This document shows, one piece after another, positions 9,880-24,367 of a stretch of DNA of 64,000 nucleotides. Origin of the DNA: an uncultured Chloroflexia bacterium (lineage in GTDB: Bacteria > Chloroflexota > Anaerolineae > CG2-30-64-16). The notes below the pieces were generated by a model that saw only the letters and a program-made list of their open reading frames with translations, was not told where the DNA came from and did no database searches. The stretch's first letter is position 1; each line of letters opens with the position of its first letter. Where the stretch lies: positions 448,001 through 512,000 of the forward strand of contig CAVZDU010000005.1 in the NCBI GenBank assembly GCA_963774265.1. The letters run 5' to 3'. Position numbers and translations under genes: made by a program.

Positions 9880-9907
9880 TTGACGGTCGGGGGGAATACG
9901 CTATAAT
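9880..9907 (+). promoter_or_regulatory. Sigma70 promoter of the liv operon, overlapped by an inverted repeat
   Basis: TTGACG-N16-TATAAT; ttcccccc..ccg / cgg..ggggggaa inverted repeat at about 9859-9896. Confidence 0.65.
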
Positions 9908-10171
9908 AAGGCCCGGTCCGGCCTGTCGAGGTTGACTCCGTGCCGGGCGTCTCCCACAGATTTGATGTCCTTTACTCAATGGCTGTGCTTGCGTATTTCC
10001 CAGCCGCCAGCATAGGTCACGACTCCACATTGCGGTGCGGCGCATCGACTTGTGCCTGAGGGCCGGCTGATGCCGGACAAACAGGAGGTGCTGCTCAGCG
10101 ATGATACTTGCCGCTCATCAGATCGACCTTGGCGTCGTGCTTTTTCATTCAATCAGCATAAGGGAGGAAAC

Positions 10172-11339
10172 ATGCGCAGTAGAGTACTTACTCTGACTCT
10201 GGTCGTCGCCGTGTTGATGGTGACGGTCGCCGGCTGTGTGCCGGCGCCCGCCGCACAGCCCACCATCAAGATCGGCCACGAAGTCGCCCTGACCGGCTCG
10301 AATGCCACGTGGGGCCAATCGGAGTCCAACGCCTTGAAGATGGCCGTTGAGAAGATCAACAAGGAGGGCGGCGTCCTCGGCAGGCAGCTCGAGGTCGTGG
10401 CCTACGACAACCGGGCCGACAGGGTGGAGGCGGTCAACGTCGCCAAGCGCCTGGTCGAGCAGGACAAGGTCGCGGCCATCATCGGCCCGGCCCAGAGCGG
10501 CGTGACCAACGCGATCCGCGAGGTCACCAACTCGGCGAAGGTTCCCGGTCGTCGCCACCACAGCCACCAATCCCACGGTCACGGTGCAGGAGGACGGCTC
10601 GGTCGTGCCCTACACCTTCCGCGTCTGCTTCATCGACCCGTTCCAGGGCACCGTCGCGGCGCAGTTCGCGCTCAAGGATCTGAACGCCAAGACCGCCGCG
10701 GTGCTCTATGACGTGGGCGATGAGTACTCGCAGTTCTCGGCAAGTACTTCGTCGAAGCGTTCGAGAAGGGCGGCGGCAAGATCGTCGCCAACGAGGCGTT
10801 CCGCTCCGGCGAGCTGGACTTCCGCGCCCAGCTTGGCAAGATCAAGGAGGGCAACCCCGAGGTCCTCTTCATCCCGACGATGCAGAAGGAAGCAGCACTG
10901 GCCTCCAAACAGGCGCGCGACCTGGGCATCACCGCCATCTTTATGGGCGGCGACGGCTGGGGCAGCCCTGACCTGATGGACCTGGGCGGCCAGGCCGTCG
11001 AGGGCGCCTACTTCGTCAACATCGCAGCGCTGGAAGACCCGGCCATCCAGGACTTCGTCAAGGAGTACAAGGCGAAGTACAACCAGGACCCGGTGCTCCC
11101 CAATCCCGCTGATGGCCTACGATGCGATCTACTGGCTGGCGGATGCCATGAAGCGCGCCGGCTCGACCGACGGCACCAAGGTCCGGGACGCCATGGAGCA
11201 GACCAAGGACCTGCAGGTGCTCACCGGCAAGCTGACGGTTGATCCCAAGACGCACAACCCGCTGAACAAGCCGGCCGTGATCCAGCAGGTGAAGGACGGC
11301 AAGTTCATTTACGTGAAGACGTTCGTGACCACGGACTGA
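10172..11339 (+). CDS. livK: Branched-chain amino acid ABC transporter substrate-binding lipoprotein (LivK/J-like), frameshifted
   Basis: Lipobox VAGC; IKIG..LTG..A.WG, GGVLGRQLE, FRVCFID, MGGDGW; pieces in several frames. Confidence 0.85.
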
Positions 11340-11390
11340 CGGCGTGATGCGGTGACACGGGTGACTGCATGGTCACCGTATCTCCCTATC

Positions 11391-11429
11391 GACAGGCGCC
11401 CGGCACTTGCCAGGTGCCGGGCGCCTGTC
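11391..11429 (+). repeat. Intercistronic stem-loop after the substrate-binding gene
   Basis: gacaggcgcccggcac-ttgccag-gtgccgggcgcctgtc. Confidence 0.65.
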
Positions 11430-11487
11430 ACGGGCCACTGGGTCTACGTGTCATCCGATCATCGTGTCACGACCGAAGGGGTTCCCC

Positions 11488-12380
11488 TTGATTCTGCAGA
11501 CCGTCATTACAGGGCTCAGCATCGGCAGCGTCTACGCGCTGATGGCTGTGGGTTACTCGCTGGTCTTCTCGGTTCTCAACTTCTCCAACTTCGCCCACGG
11601 CGCGGTCATCACGCTGGGCGCGTACATCGCCTGGGCGGTGATGCAACACTGGCTCCATCTGCCGTTTTTGCCGAGCCTGCTGATTTCCATGGCCGGGGCC
11701 GGCATACTGGCTTTTCTGATCGAGCGAATCGCCTATCGACCGCTGCGGCAGCGCCATGCGCCCGTCGCTCTATCTGATGATCAGCGCGATGGGCGTGGCG
11801 ATTGCCCTGCAAAACCTGCTCTACGCCACCATCGGCGCCAAGCTCTACGCACTGCCCCAGGTGTTCGCCCAGGACTCGCTCCAGGTCGGGAGCGCGGTCA
11901 TCAGCAAGATGGATCTGTTCGCCTTCGGGTTTTCGGTGATTGCCATCGCAATCCTCAACTTCATCCTGACCCGCACCAAGGTCGGCACCGCGATCCGCGC
12001 CGCCTCCTACGACATGGAGATGGTGTCGGTGCTCGGCGTGAACCTGGACGTGCTGGTCGCCGTGCTGTTCCTGATCGCCGGCGCCCTGGGCGGGATGGCC
12101 GGGGTGTTCATGGGCGTCAAGTACATGGTCTACCCGAGCATGGGCTGGATCACCAACAAGGCCTACATCGGCGCGGTGATCGGCGGCCTGGGCAGCCTGC
12201 CCGGCGCGATCGTGGGCGGCATCTTGCTGGGGCTGATCGAGGCGCTGGTCTCGGTGGCGAACATCGGCCCGGTACACCTCTCGCTCTACCGGGATGTCTT
12301 TAGTTTCGGCATCCTGATCGCTCCTGCTGATCTTCCGCCCCACCGGCCTGTTTGGCCGGGAAGTCGAAGAGAAACTCTAG
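11488..12380 (+). CDS. livH: Branched-chain amino acid ABC permease LivH, frameshifted
   Basis: GSVYALMAVGYSLVF..NFAHG; GTAIRA; IGGLGSLPGA. Confidence 0.85.
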
Positions 12381-12382
12381 CC

Positions 12383-13554
12383 ATGGAATACGCCCAAGCC
12401 ATCTTCACCAATGCCGCCATCTACGCCATCGCGACGGTGGGCCTGGCAATTTTCACCGGCTACACCGGGCTGTTTTCGCTGGGACACGCGGCTTTCATGG
12501 CCCTTGGCGCATACACGACCGCCATCCTGACCTACTTCCTGCATTGGCCGTTCATCCCGGCGCTGCTGGTGGGGATGGTGGTTGCCGTGTTGGCCAGCAT
12601 CATCATCGGCTATCCCGACCTTGCGCGTCAAGCTGCGCTCCGACTATTTCGCCATCGCCACCCTGGGTTTCGGTGAGGCGGTGCGGGTGCTGTTGGAGAA
12701 CCTGACGTTGACGCAGGGCGCGCGCGGCCTGCCGGGTCTGCCGAAATACACCAGCCCGCTCATCGCCTGGCCTGATCCTGATCGCGGTCATCTGGCTTTC
12801 GCGCAATTTCCTGCGCAGCACCTTTGGCCGCAACACCATCGCCATCGGCCAGGATCCCGTGGCGGCCGAGATGATCGGCATCCGGCTGCTGCCCAACCGC
12901 ATGCTCAGCCTGGCGATCAGCGCGGCGTTTGCCGGGACTGTCCGGCGGCCTGCTGGCGCATTACCTCACCTTCATCCAGCCGTCCATCTTCAGCATGGAT
13001 CTCTCCGGGCTGTTGACCGCGGGTGTGGTGGCCGGCGGCATGGGCAGCCTCACCGGCCCGGTGGTGGCGATTGCTCTGTTCGTGGGCATCCCCGAGCTGT
13101 TCCGTGGGCTGGCGCTGTGGCGGCTGGTGCTGTACGGCGTCGTGCTGGTGGTCATCATCAACTACCGGCCGAAGGGGCTCTTCGGGTACGAAGAGCTGAG
13201 CGTCGCCAATTTCCCCAAGCTGTTGATCATCCTGGGCGCGTCCGTTGCGTTGGCGGTCGGCGTCGGCATCTACAACTACTACGCTGAACTACCTGGGCGC
13301 TGTCCTCGCCGTGTTGATTGGCATCGCTGCTGGGGCGGCCGTGCTGGCGCTCAGCCTCGGCGTGGGCCGCGCGTGGACGCGCTGGGCTGCGCCGCTTTTT
13401 GGGCGGCGCATCGCCGGGGCAACTGCAGCGGGGGCAACGCGAATCAGGGGTGTCACTACGCGGCCGGGCATCTCAGGGGCAGCTTCTACACCCGACCCCG
13501 GTCGGCACACCCGCGCATGGGCTCGCAGCGAGGGTTGCCCCCACGGCTGCGCCG
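12383..13554 (+). CDS. livM: Branched-chain amino acid ABC permease LivM, frameshifted; possibly fused to LivG (3' boundary approximate)
   Basis: GYTGLFSLGHAAF; DYFAIATLGFGE; GGMGSLTG; RPKGLFG. Confidence 0.75.
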
Positions 13555-14319
13555 CTGCTCGCGGTCACCGGCCTGCGCAAAGCATTCGGCGGCGTCGTGG
13601 CGGTGAATGGGGTAGACCTGCAGGTGCGGCCGGGCGAGGTGGTCGGGCTGATCGGGCCCGAACGGCTCCGGCAAGACCACGGTTTTCAACCTGATTTCCG
13701 GCGTCTACAAGGCCGATGCCGGCAGCATCCGCTTCGCCGGCGGGGAGTTGGTGGGGGTGGCGCCCGACCGGATCGTCGGCAAGGGCATCTCGCGCACTTT
13801 CCAGAACATCCGGCTCTTCTCCAAGATGACCGTCCTGCAGAACGTGCAGACGGCGCTGCACCCGCTGAGCGACTACAGCCTGCCCGAGGCGTTCCTGGCG
13901 TGGCCGTGGACGGTGCGCAAGACCGAGCAGCGGCTTGCGCGATGACTGCGCTGGAGCTGCTGAAGGTTGTCGGCCTGGAGGGGCACGCCGATCAGGTGGC
14001 CGGGACGCTGCCCTACGGCCTGCAACGCAAGCTGGAGATCGCCCGTGCATTGGCCTTGCAGCCCAAGCTGCTGCTGCTGGATGAGCCGGCGGCCGGCATG
14101 AACCCGGAGGAGTCGCTGGCATTGGTGGAACTCGTCGAGCAAATCCACGCCACCCGTGATCTGGCGATCGTCTTGATCGAGCATCACATGGACGTCGTGA
14201 TGAATCTCTGCTCGCGCATCACCGTGTTGAACTTCGGCGGCGTCATCGCCGAGGGCACGCCGGATGAGATCCAGGCCAACCCGGTGGTGTTGAAGGCGTA
14301 TCTGGGGGACAAAGCCTGA
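13555..14319 (+). CDS. livG: Branched-chain amino acid ABC ATPase LivG, frameshifted (5' boundary approximate)
   Basis: KAFGGVVAV, GPNGSGKT across a shift, RTFQNIRLF, LPYG, LLLDEPAAGMN. Confidence 0.8.
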   Translation: MLAVTGLRKAFGGVVAVNGVDLQVRPGEVVGLIGPERLRQDHGFQPDFRRLQGRCRQHPLRRRGVGGGGARPDRRQGHLAHFPEHPALLQDDRPAERADGAAPAERLQPARGVPGVAVDGAQDRAAACAMTALELLKVVGLEGHADQVAGTLPYGLQRKLEIARALALQPKLLLLDEPAAGMNPEESLALVELVEQIHATRDLAIVLIEHHMDVVMNLCSRITVLNFGGVIAEGTPDEIQANPVVLKAYLGDKA

Positions 14320-15066
14320 TGTTGCTATCCGTTGAGGGCCTGAACGTTTTTCACGGCGAGGCGATCCACGCGCTGCGCGATGTGAGCTTCGTGGTGCCCG
14401 AGGGCGAGATCGTCTCGATCATCGGGGCCAACGGCGCAGGGAAATCCACGCTGATGTGGACGCTGGCCGGGCTGTACAAGCCGAAGTCCGGCAGCGATCA
14501 CCTTTCGCGGCAAGCCGCTGCCCGCGGTGCCTCACCTGGCCGTGGCCGCCGGCATCGCCCTGGTGCCTGAGCGGCGCCGCCTCTTCGCCAACCTGACCGT
14601 GCGCGAGAACCTGAACCTGGGCGCGTACCTGCGCAGCGATCGCGCCGGCATCGCCCGAGGATGAGGCATACCTCTTCCGCCTGTTTCCGGTGCTCCAGCA
14701 ACGCTTCAAGCAGTACGCCGGCACCCTCTCCGGCGGCGAGCAGCAGATGCTTGCCATCGCCCGTGCGTTGATGTCCCGGCCCACCCTGCTGCTGCTCGAT
14801 GAGCCGTCGCTCGGCCTGGCGCCGGTGCTGGCGAACCAGGTCTTCGAGGCCGTCCAGGAGATCAGCCGGCAGGGGACGACGATCCTGCTGGTGGAGCAGA
14901 ACGCGTTCAAGGCGTTGGAGATCGCCAGGACGCCTACGTGCTGGAGACGGGACGCATCGTGCTCAGCGGCAAGGGACAGGATCTCCTGCACAACCCGGCG
15001 GTCCAGGCGGCCTACCTGGGCGTACGGCAGCGCAAGGAAGTCGTGTTGGGCGCCGTGCCGCGGTAA
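14319..15066 (+). CDS. livF: Branched-chain amino acid ABC ATPase LivF, frameshifted
   Basis: [35 protein letters not shown]. Confidence 0.85.
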
Positions 15067-15081
15067 TCGTCCAGCGCTATT

Positions 15082-16578
15082 TCAAGGCAAATGCGTCGTC
15101 CCCATCAGGTAGCGATCGCACTCGCGGGCCGCGCCGCGCCCTTCATTGATGGCCCAGACGACCAGGCTTTGTCCGCGGCGCATATCCCCGGCCGCGAAGA
15201 CGCCCGGCACGCCCGTGGCGAACTGCCCGTATCCAGGCGCACTTGCGTGCGTGCGCACGTTGGAGCGGGCATCCTGTTCGAGGCCAAACTGCTCGATCAG
15301 CGTCTTCTCCGGTCCCAGGAACCCCATCGCCAATAGCACCAGGTGCGCGGGCCAACGCTGCTCGGTGCCGGGCAGCTCCCGGAAGCTCGACCGGCCGTCC
15401 CGCTGCTCCCATTCAACCCGCACCGTATGCACTTCAGCCACGCGGCCGCTGGCATCTCCGACGAAACGCTTGGTGAGGATCGCAAACTCGCGCGGGTCCC
15501 GGCCGAAGATCTCCTTGGCCTCTTCCTGGCCGTAGTCGATGTGGAAGGTCCTGGGCCATTCGGGCCACGGATTGTCGGCTGGACGGGTGTCCGGGGGCCG
15601 GGGCATGATTTCCAGTTGGACGATGCCGGTGCAGCCATGGCGCACCGACGTACCCACGCAATCGGTCCCCGTATCGCCGCCGCCGATCACCACCACGGAT
15701 TTGTGCCGGGCCGATATCCACTCGTCCGCGGGTGAATCAGCGCCGAGCAGGCTGCGCGTGTCCGCACGGAGGAAGTCGACGGCAAAGTGGATGCCCTTGA
15801 GATGGCGACCTTCGACGGGCAGATCGCGCGGCCGTGTGGCTCCGCCGCAGAGGACGATAGCATCGAACTCCTCTCGGAGTTGGCTGGCGGGCACGTCTTT
15901 CCCCACCTCGACCCTGGTCACGAACTCGACGCCTTCGGCCGTCATCAGGCTCACCCGGCGCCGGACGACCTCTTTGTCGAGCTTCATGTTCGGGATGCCA
16001 TACATCAACAGTCCGCCGATCCGATCGGAGCGCTCGTAGACCGTCACCAGGTGGCCGGCCTTGTTGAGTTGATCCGCGGCGGCTAGCCCGGCCGGGCCGG
16101 AGCCGACCACGGCCACCCGCCTGCCGGTGCGCTCGGCTGGTGGCCTGGGCGCAACCCAGCCTTCGGCGAAGCCCCGCTCGATAATGGCGTGCTCGATCTG
16201 CTTGACAGTGACCGCCTCCTCGTGCAGCGAGAGCGTGCAAGAGCCCTCGCACGGTGCGGGGCAGACCCGGCCGGTGAACTCCGGGAAGTTGTTGGTGCGC
16301 AGCAGACGCTTCAGCGCCTCCTCCCACAGCCCGCGATACACCAGGCTATTCCACTCCGGGATCAGGTTGTTGATCGGGCACCCCGACGCCATGCCGTTGA
16401 GCAGCGTCCCCGTGTGGCAGAAGGGAATGCCGCAGCTCATGCACCGGGCTGCCTGCGTCTGCAGCTTCTTCTCCGGCAGGTCGAGGTGCATTTCAAGATA
16501 GTCAAATGTGCGCACGCCGGGCAAGCGATCGCCGCCGAGCTCGCGCCCATATTCCATGAAGCCTGTAGGTCTGCTCAT
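15082..16578 (-). CDS. gltD: Glutamate synthase small subunit
   Basis: [51 protein letters not shown]. Confidence 0.95.
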   Translation of the reverse strand: MSRPTGFMEYGRELGGDRLPGVRTFDYLEMHLDLPEKKLQTQAARCMSCGIPFCHTGTLLNGMASGCPINNLIPEWNSLVYRGLWEEALKRLLRTNNFPEFTGRVCPAPCEGSCTLSLHEEAVTVKQIEHAIIERGFAEGWVAPRPPAERTGRRVAVVGSGPAGLAAADQLNKAGHLVTVYERSDRIGGLLMYGIPNMKLDKEVVRRRVSLMTAEGVEFVTRVEVGKDVPASQLREEFDAIVLCGGATRPRDLPVEGRHLKGIHFAVDFLRADTRSLLGADSPADEWISARHKSVVVIGGGDTGTDCVGTSVRHGCTGIVQLEIMPRPPDTRPADNPWPEWPRTFHIDYGQEEAKEIFGRDPREFAILTKRFVGDASGRVAEVHTVRVEWEQRDGRSSFRELPGTEQRWPAHLVLLAMGFLGPEKTLIEQFGLEQDARSNVRTHASAPGYGQFATGVPGVFAAGDMRRGQSLVVWAINEGRGAARECDRYLMGTTHLP

Positions 16579-16587
16579 ACGATTCCT

Positions 16588-21393
<4,806 letters not shown>

Positions 21394-21431
21394 AAGGCCT
21401 CAGAGGTTGGCGCTCAGCGCCACATTTAAGC

Positions 21432-21477
21432 AAAAAGCCACCCGGCGCGCATCAGTGCGCGGGTGGCTTCATCGTTG
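21432..21477 (-). terminator. Leader intrinsic terminator 2 upstream of gltB, preceded by CAACGATG
   Basis: Minus strand: caacgatg-aagccacccgcgcac..gcgcgccgggtggc-ttttt. Confidence 0.7.
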
Positions 21478-21490
21478 AGCGAATAATTAG

Positions 21491-21550
21491 AAAAGAAGGT
21501 TGCCACCTCCATGCCGCTACCTGGGCATGAAGGGTGCAACCTCATCGTTG
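21491..21550 (-). terminator. Leader intrinsic terminator 1 upstream of gltB, preceded by CAACGATG
   Basis: Minus strand: caacgatg-aggttgcacccttcatgc..gcatggaggtggcaacct-tctttt. Confidence 0.65.
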
Positions 21551-21609
21551 GCAAGAATCATTTATCGAAGCCGGGGGTCGGTTGGGACCCTCAACCGAAC
21601 GGTGCTGCA

Positions 21610-21638
21610 TTTGTATCATGAGATACGCCAAGAGTCAA
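21610..21638 (-). promoter_or_regulatory. Sigma70 promoter of gltBD
   Basis: TTGACT-N17-TACAAA with a TGn extension. Confidence 0.55.
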
Positions 21639-21645
21639 ATGCGCT

Positions 21646-21669
21646 CTGGTTTACTGGTTTACTGGTTTA
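21646..21669. repeat. Octamer tandem repeat (ctggttta)x3
   Basis: Seen directly in the sequence. Confidence 0.7.
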
Positions 21670-21732
21670 CGTGGCTGAATCGGGGCCTACTTGGCTTCGC
21701 CAATGCGCGTGGGCCAGGCAATTCCAGACAAC

Positions 21733-22101
21733 TCACCGCGCATCGATGTCATGCGGATACTGCAATGCCTCGCGCCCGCGCTCCCCTGTGCGGATGCGGA
21801 TGACGTCTTCGATCGGATAGACGAAGATCAAGCCGTCGCCTACGTTGCCCGTCTGGGCAGCCTGGCAGATCGTTTCGATGGCCTTTTCCAGGTTGTGGTC
21901 GCTCAGCACGATGTTGATTTGCACGCGTGGCAGCATGTCAACCTTATAGGCGCCAGTGCGGCCCACAAGATCGATGCCGCCCTGCCGGCCGTGGCCCCGG
22001 CATTCCGTCACGTTCATGCCCACAAAGCCGACGTGTTGCAGCGCATCCTTGACGTCGTTCAGTTTTTCTTCTCGGATGATCGCTTCGATTTTCTTGGTCA
22101 T
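21733..22101 (-). CDS. glnK: P-II nitrogen regulatory protein
   Basis: KKIEAIIR, G.GRQ.G, TGNVGDG.IF, IRIRTGE; immediately downstream of amt. Confidence 0.92.
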   Translation of the reverse strand: MTKKIEAIIREEKLNDVKDALQHVGFVGMNVTECRGHGRQGGIDLVGRTGAYKVDMLPRVQINIVLSDHNLEKAIETICQAAQTGNVGDGLIFVYPIEDVIRIRTGERGREALQYPHDIDAR

Positions 22102-22140
22102 GGTCCTATCTCCTGTAGCTCATGCCAGCGCATCTGTGCT

Positions 22141-23364
22141 CTATGCATACGCTCGTTCGCCGTGCTCGGCGATATCCAGCCCTACCTGCTCCTCGGTTTC
22201 CGACACGCTGAGACCGACGGTGTGCTTGAGAGCCTTCGCCAGCACGAACGTCACGCCGAATGCAAATACGACTGTAATTGCGACGGCAAGAAGTTGCACC
22301 AGGAACTGGCGCGGATTACCGTAGAAAAGACCATCGGCTCCGGCTGTGTTGATCGCCTTCGAGGCGAAGAGGCCGGTCGCCAACGCGCCCCATAGACCGC
22401 CCATACCGTGACACGCCCACACGTCCAGTGACTCGTCCAGGTGGCGGCCCTGACGCAGCTTGATGGCGAAGAAGCTAATGGGTGCGGCCACCGCGCCGAT
22501 GGCCAGGGCCGCGAGCGGCGTCACATAGCCGGCCGCAGGCGTGATGGCCACCAGGCCCACCACGGCGCCGGTAATGATACCCAACACGCTCGGCTTGTGA
22601 GTGCGCCAGCTCAGCAGCATCCAGACTAACCCCGCAGCGGCCGCGGCGGTGTTGGTGTTCAACAACGCTGTGACTGCCACGCCGTTGGCGGCCAGCGCGC
22701 TGCCGCCGTTGAACCCGAACCAACCCATCCACAGCAGCCCGGCACCCAGAACCGAGTAGGGGATGTTGTGCGGTTCCATACTGCCGTTACCGAATCCTCG
22801 GCGGGCGCGGATCACCTGGGCAAAGGCCAGAGCCGAGAAGCCTGCAGTGATATGCACGACCGTGCCGCCCGCAAAGTCCAAGGCGCCCAACCCCCGTAGA
22901 ACGCCGCCTACGCCCCAAACCCAATGGGCCACCGGGTCGTAGACCAGCGTCGCCCATAGCAGGCTGAAGATCAGAAAAGCCTTGAAGCGGACGCGTTCCA
23001 CAAACGTGCCGGTGATCAGCGCCGGGGTAATCACTGCGAACATCATTTGGTAGGCGACGAAGAGCAGGAAAGGGATTGATCCTGCATAATCCGCGTTCGG
23101 TTCGGCGCCCACACCGGCCAGCCCCAGGTAGTTGAGACTGCCGATGATGCCACCTGCACTCTTGCCGAATGCCAGCGTGAAGCCAAACAAAACCCACTGG
23201 ATGCTGATGAGTGCCATGAGGATGAAGCTGAAGTTCAGCGTAGAGAGCACGTTCTTCTTACGCACCATTCCGCCGTAGAAGAATGCCAGGGCTGGGGTCA
23301 TCATCAGCACCAGGGTGGTGGAAATCAGAACCCAGGCAGTGTCACCTGCATTAATGCTGTCCAT
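22141..23364 (-). CDS. amtB: Ammonium transporter
   Basis: FFYGGMVR, DFAGGTVVH, GWFGFNGGS, HGE.AY C-terminus. Confidence 0.95.
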   Translation of the reverse strand: MDSINAGDTAWVLISTTLVLMMTPALAFFYGGMVRKKNVLSTLNFSFILMALISIQWVLFGFTLAFGKSAGGIIGSLNYLGLAGVGAEPNADYAGSIPFLLFVAYQMMFAVITPALITGTFVERVRFKAFLIFSLLWATLVYDPVAHWVWGVGGVLRGLGALDFAGGTVVHITAGFSALAFAQVIRARRGFGNGSMEPHNIPYSVLGAGLLWMGWFGFNGGSALAANGVAVTALLNTNTAAAAAGLVWMLLSWRTHKPSVLGIITGAVVGLVAITPAAGYVTPLAALAIGAVAAPISFFAIKLRQGRHLDESLDVWACHGMGGLWGALATGLFASKAINTAGADGLFYGNPRQFLVQLLAVAITVVFAFGVTFVLAKALKHTVGLSVSETEEQVGLDIAEHGERAYA

Positions 23365-23389
23365 CGTACAACCTCCGGTTTATGTGTCT

Positions 23390-23452
23390 CGTCTCGTTAG
23401 GACGGACGTGCGCGTGCGCCCATCGGCCGCGCCCATCCGTCCTAACGAAACG
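23390..23452 (-). promoter_or_regulatory. Long leader hairpin in the amtB 5' UTR
   Basis: cgtctcgttaggacgga ... tccgtcctaacgaaacg inverted repeat. Confidence 0.5.
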
Positions 23453-23464
23453 ACGGCCACGCAC

Positions 23465-23509
23465 AATGTAGCAGGTGTCCGCCGGAGGGTCTAGTACCCG
23501 TTTGGGTAC
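23465..23509 (-). promoter_or_regulatory. Putative amtB promoter with an adjacent palindromic operator
   Basis: TAGACC-N17-TACATT; GTACCC-N4-GGGTAC at 23494-23509, directly upstream of the -35. Confidence 0.5.
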
Positions 23510-23527
23510 CGTTTTAAGTCAACTGTG

Positions 23528-24337
23528 TCACGTTAGGCCTTGCGCCTGAAGCCAATCGCGGAAGCGTTCGATCCAGGTGTCAGAGGGCAGGTCCAGCTTT
23601 TTCATGCCGAAGCCGTGGCCGCCCTGGGCGTAGATGTGCAGCTCGGCCGGGTGACCGGCAGCCCGCCACTGAGAAAAGAGGCGCAGGCTCAGGGGCGCGG
23701 CCATTTGATCATCGGCCGCGCAGAGGGCGAACAGCGGCGGCGCATCGGCCGGGACGGGGATATCCGCGTACGGGGCGGTGTAGATCGCGGCCAGGAAGTC
23801 GGGTCGGCTGGCCGCATCGTGCACCAGCGCGACACTGGTCGCCACCATGCTGCCGGCCGAGAAGCCCAGCATGCCAATGCGGTCAGGGGCGATGCCCCAC
23901 TCGGCCGCGGCCTGGCGCACCAGGCGCATGGCCTGTTGCCCGTCGGCCAGCACCAGTGGCTCGATGGCCGAGATCACGGCTGCGAGCCTGGCAGGGTCCG
24001 CGATCGCTTCCTCTATCTCCCGGTTGAAATCGTCTCCTGTGTGGACAAGACGATATTTCAAGATGAAGGCCGCGATCCCGTGGGCAGTAAGCCAGGTCGC
24101 AACGTCCACCCCTTCGTGATGGGTCGCGAGATAGTGCCAGGCCCCACCGGGACAGACGATCACGGCGGCCTTGGCCGCTTGGCCGCTGGAGGACCGCGGA
24201 TCTGGCAGGTAGGCCGTCAGCGTCGGCCGCGTGACATTGCGAATGCCGCGACTGCCGTTCGGGCGAACCGCCTCCTGCTCTGCCGGGGGCCACTCATCAG
24301 CGCCTGCTGCGCTCTCCGGCCACAAAGGGATGATCAT
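23528..24337 (-). CDS. Alpha/beta hydrolase (carbohydrate esterase-like)
   Basis: VCPGGA, GFSAG nucleophile elbow, DD, GGHGFG. Confidence 0.85.
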   Translation of the reverse strand: MIIPLWPESAAGADEWPPAEQEAVRPNGSRGIRNVTRPTLTAYLPDPRSSSGQAAKAAVIVCPGGAWHYLATHHEGVDVATWLTAHGIAAFILKYRLVHTGDDFNREIEEAIADPARLAAVISAIEPLVLADGQQAMRLVRQAAAEWGIAPDRIGMLGFSAGSMVATSVALVHDAASRPDFLAAIYTAPYADIPVPADAPPLFALCAADDQMAAPLSLRLFSQWRAAGHPAELHIYAQGGHGFGMKKLDLPSDTWIERFRDWLQAQGLT

Positions 24338-24367
24338 CTCGGCTGCTCCTTTTTGTCCTTGGCTTCC

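Noticed and set aside
10172-15066. liv operon as a set of pseudogenes or programmed frameshifts
   Set aside because: Numerous single-base indels with otherwise intact motifs, also seen in gltB, galK, the fru genes and the exporter. The pattern fits long-read consensus error, and no consistent slippery sites were seen.
21432-21600. Cyanobacterial glnA glutamine riboswitch (ATCGTTGG word)
   Set aside because: The word lies on the non-transcribed strand relative to gltB and the E-loop/three-way junction is absent; the terminator-linked reading fits better.
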